From NCBI GenBank assembly GCA_965248445.1, contig CBDFJG010000003.1:288001-352000 (forward strand): DNA of 64,000 nucleotides, read 5' to 3'. This DNA is from Planctomycetota bacterium. GTDB taxonomy: Bacteria > Planctomycetota > JAJSAM01 > JAJVHW01. Below, in pieces: positions 61,155-64,000 of the stretch. Position numbers and translations under genes: made by a program. The notes beneath the pieces were generated by a model. The model was not told the DNA's origin, searched no databases, and was given only the letters and a program-made list of their open reading frames with translations. Every line of letters starts with the position of its first letter. The first letter of the stretch is position 1.

Positions 61155-61183
61155 TTGACCCCCTCCTGGGGCAGGCCTACGCT
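61155..61183 (+). promoter_or_regulatory. Candidate sigma-70 promoter for ffh-rpsP
   Basis: TTGACC-17 nt-TACGCT. Confidence 0.5.
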
Positions 61184-61274
61184 GCGCGGTTCATGTTCGG
61201 CTCCGTGCGGATTCTCCGCCCGGTAGCGCTCCCCGTGGGCCTCGTTGCGAGGCCCACTCAGCGACCACGCTCCG

Positions 61275-62702
61275 ATGTTCGAATCGCTCACTGAACGACT
61301 GCAGACCGCATTCTCGAAGCTCACCCGCAAGGGGGAGCTGGCCGAGTCCGACGTCGACGAGGCACTGCGCGCGGTACGCACTGCGTTGCTGACGGCCGAC
61401 GTCCACCTCCAGGTCGTGAAGAAGCTCGTTGCCGACATTCGAGCGCGCGCGGTGGGCGAGAAGGTCCTCGAGTCGGTCCAGCCCGATCAGCAGGTCATCA
61501 AGATCGTCCACGACGAACTCGTGAGACTGATGGGCGGCGACGATGCGGCAGCGTCCATGCCGGGTGCGGAGATCTCGCTGAACTGGTCGCCGCGCGGACC
61601 GACCGTGATCTTGATGGCGGGGCTGCAGGGCGCCGGCAAGACGACCACGTGCGCGAAGCTCGCGCGCTTCCTGCGATCGAAGGGCCGCAACCCGTTGCTC
61701 GTCGCAGCCGACATGCAACGTCCGGCCGCGGTCGAGCAGTTGCGCGTACTCGGCAACGAGCAGGACATCCCGGTGCACTGGGAACCCAAGGGGCGTCCTC
61801 CCAAGATCTGTCAACGCGCCGTCAAGGCCGCGCAGAAGAACGGCCAGGACGTTGTGATCCTCGACACCGCCGGACGGTTGCACATCGACCGCGAGCTGAT
61901 GGACGAGGTCAAGGACATCGCCGATCGCGTCTCGCCGCACGAGATCTTCCTCGTGCTCGACAGCATGACGGGTCAGGACGCGGTGAACTCTGCGAAGGCG
62001 TTCGACGAGTCGCTGCCGCTCACCGGCGTGGTGCTCACCAAGATGGACGGCGACACGCGCGGTGGCGCGGCTCTGTCTGTCCGCGCCGTGACGGGCAAGC
62101 CGATCCGGTTCATCGGAACCGGCGAGAAGCCGGAGAACCTCGAGGCGTTCCACGCCGACCGCCTCGCGTCGCGCATCCTCGGGATGGGCGACGTGGTCTC
62201 CCTGGTGGAGCGCGCCCAGGACGCGATGGAGCACCAGGAGGTCGAGAAGACCGCCGAGCGCCTCTTCGCGGGCACCTTCACGATGGAGGACATGCTCCAG
62301 CAGTTCGAACAGGTCGAACGCATGGGCCCCATGAAGGAATGGCTGGGAATGCTGCCCGGGATGGGCAGCATGATGGCCGAGCAGGATGTCGACGAGAAGC
62401 CGCTCGGGCGTGCCAAGGCGATGATCCTCAGCATGACGCCGGCCGAGCGCCGGCAACCCGACACGATCGACCACCCGCGGCGACGCCGCATCGCGCGCGG
62501 GAGCGGGACTTCGATGGACGAGGTGAACCGTCTGTTGAAGAGCTACAAGCAGATGCGGCAGATGATGAAACAGATGACGTCGGGCGGCGGGCTCATGAAC
62601 AAGGTCATGGGTAGCCGGTTCCGCAAGGGCAAAGAGAAACAGCTGCAGGAGTTGCGCCGGAAGGGCATCAAGCTCAGCGACCTCGGGATGGGACCGGGGT
62701 AG
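61275..62702 (+). CDS. ffh: Signal recognition particle protein
   Basis: MFESLTERL, GLQGAGKTT, DTAGRL, TKMDGD, RILGMGD and a Met-rich M domain. Confidence 0.95.
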   Translation: MFESLTERLQTAFSKLTRKGELAESDVDEALRAVRTALLTADVHLQVVKKLVADIRARAVGEKVLESVQPDQQVIKIVHDELVRLMGGDDAAASMPGAEISLNWSPRGPTVILMAGLQGAGKTTTCAKLARFLRSKGRNPLLVAADMQRPAAVEQLRVLGNEQDIPVHWEPKGRPPKICQRAVKAAQKNGQDVVILDTAGRLHIDRELMDEVKDIADRVSPHEIFLVLDSMTGQDAVNSAKAFDESLPLTGVVLTKMDGDTRGGAALSVRAVTGKPIRFIGTGEKPENLEAFHADRLASRILGMGDVVSLVERAQDAMEHQEVEKTAERLFAGTFTMEDMLQQFEQVERMGPMKEWLGMLPGMGSMMAEQDVDEKPLGRAKAMILSMTPAERRQPDTIDHPRRRRIARGSGTSMDEVNRLLKSYKQMRQMMKQMTSGGGLMNKVMGSRFRKGKEKQLQELRRKGIKLSDLGMGPG

Positions 62703-62736
62703 CGGCGCACACATCAGCGAAGTCAGGAGACATGTC

Positions 62737-63048
62737 GTGGCAGTCAGGTTGAGATTGACCCGCAGGGGTCGCAAGAACAGGCCGTTCTATCGCGTTGGCG
62801 CCTTCGATTCGCGCACGCGGCGCGACGGACGCGCGATCGAGTACCTCGGTCATTACGACCCGCTCGTCGAAGAGTTCGAGAAGAGCGTGAGTCTGGACAT
62901 GGATCGCGTGGCGCACTGGATCGAGCACGGCGCGAAGTGCTCTGAGACCGTTGCGTCCTTCATCAAGCGCAAGGGCTACCCGCTCGCGCGCAACGCGAAG
63001 ACGTCCGGGATGAAGTCGAAGGGCAAGGCCCCCAAGAAGGCGAACTAG
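62737..63048 (+). CDS. rpsP: 30S ribosomal protein S16
   Basis: AVRLRLTRRGRKNRPFYRV...RDGRAIEYLGHYDP. Confidence 0.95.
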   Translation: MAVRLRLTRRGRKNRPFYRVGAFDSRTRRDGRAIEYLGHYDPLVEEFEKSVSLDMDRVAHWIEHGAKCSETVASFIKRKGYPLARNAKTSGMKSKGKAPKKAN

Positions 63049-63053
63049 ACCAG

Positions 63054-63938
63054 ATGACGGCATCTCCGAAGAAGCGCATGGGTGACCTGCTCGACCGGCT
63101 CGAGGCGGCGTACGGCAGCCTCGTGCCGTCCGAGGACCCAGTCGAGGCGGGCCTGATGACGCTCCTCGCGGCGCACGCCCCGAACCTGTCGACGGTGCAG
63201 ACGCGGCAGGCCCTGCGTGAGTGGTTCGTCGACTGGAACGAGATGCGCGTCGCCGATCCGTGGGACATCATGAACGCGATCGGCGCGAACGGCGACGGCG
63301 CAGCCAGGGCATTCGCCAGGGCCGCGGTGAAGTGCCTGCGATCCCTGCACGGTGTGCTGAACCGGTGCAAGTTCGATCTGGTCGAAGCGGATCCGGAGTC
63401 CGACGTCGCGGCCCTCGTGGCGCGGATGCGCGGCGCGCCCCCGGCGACGAAGGTCGTGATGCTCGCCGTGCTCGCGCGCGACGGGACATGGAGGCCGGAC
63501 AAGGAGACCTCCAAGCTGGTCCAGAAGATCGGTCTGTCGCCGAAGACGTCGTCGCTGGCCAAGGTCGGGCGCGCGCTGGCCGAGCAGGCCGCTGAGGGCG
63601 ACCGCATGCGCGCGCACTACCTGCTCGCACGGTACGCGCACCGAAGCTCCGACGACGACGACCCGCTCGCACCGCGGCGCAAGAAGGCGGCCGCGAAGAA
63701 GGCGGCCCCGCCCAAGAAGAGCGCAGCGAAGAAGACGGCCTCGAAGAAGACCGCACCTGCGAAGAAGGCGCCCGCGAAGAAGCCGGCTGCCAAGACGAAG
63801 ACCGCGCCCAAGAAGAGCGCAGCGAAGAAGGCCCCCGCTTCGAAGAAGGCGTCTGCCGGCAAGAAGACGACGGCCCGCAAGAAGACCGCGCCGCGGAAGT
63901 CGACGTCGCGCAGTGCCTCCGCGCGCAAGAGGAGCTGA
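63054..63938 (+). CDS. Degenerate EndoIII/HhH-like protein with a Lys/Ala-rich histone H1-like tail
   Basis: FVDWNEMRV motif; C-terminal ~85 aa of KKAAAKK/KKTAPAKK repeats. Confidence 0.65.
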   Translation: MTASPKKRMGDLLDRLEAAYGSLVPSEDPVEAGLMTLLAAHAPNLSTVQTRQALREWFVDWNEMRVADPWDIMNAIGANGDGAARAFARAAVKCLRSLHGVLNRCKFDLVEADPESDVAALVARMRGAPPATKVVMLAVLARDGTWRPDKETSKLVQKIGLSPKTSSLAKVGRALAEQAAEGDRMRAHYLLARYAHRSSDDDDPLAPRRKKAAAKKAAPPKKSAAKKTASKKTAPAKKAPAKKPAAKTKTAPKKSAAKKAPASKKASAGKKTTARKKTAPRKSTSRSASARKRS

Positions 63939-63946
63939 CCGCGAAC

Positions 63947-64000
63947 GTGGAGCGCGCGCTGGTGCTGGCATCCGCTTCACCTCGTCGTCACGACCTCCTC
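63947..64000 (+). CDS. maf: Maf-family nucleoside triphosphate pyrophosphatase (5' partial)
   Basis: VERALVLASASPRRHDLL, the typical Maf N-terminus. Confidence 0.75.
   Translation, partial: MERALVLASASPRRHDLL

Overview
High-GC bacterial window, probably Planctomycetota/PVC. This is inferred from a TPR + double RpoA-CTD protein, a Minf_1886-like protein and MoxR/DUF58/BatA genes. The backbone is housekeeping: threonine aldolase, TatD-like hydrolase, phosphomannomutase, carbamoyltransferase + SxtJ-like, EamA, LOG, metG, DUF62, larC, sigma-54 regulator, tRNA-Leu(CAA), LTA-synthase-type sulfatase, prenyltransferase, NAD kinase, asnS, ruvA, murA, ffh, rpsP and maf, plus two large Ig-like secreted proteins. 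Two accessory zones interrupt it. (1) 3414-8415 is a 5,002-bp IS66-bounded unit flanked by an 8-bp target duplication that splits an AsmA-like gene. It carries two secreted-protein genes and what looks like a complete, integrase-less attP site: a tRNA-Pro 3' core with arm-type repeats on both sides. (2) ~23.1-38.0 kb is an IS-rich island (IS1380 x2, IS66, IS5, IS1595 and IS relics). It holds a tandem ~234-bp structured repeat with covarying hairpins, secreted Gly-rich cargo and tiny membrane-protein genes, and has att-like motifs immediately 5' of tRNA-Leu. A third IS1380 copy lies at 9034-10702. A 368-bp MITE-like element sits upstream of ruvA, and several intergenic palindromic repeats share sequence modules. 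All product calls come from reading motifs by eye; no database search was run.
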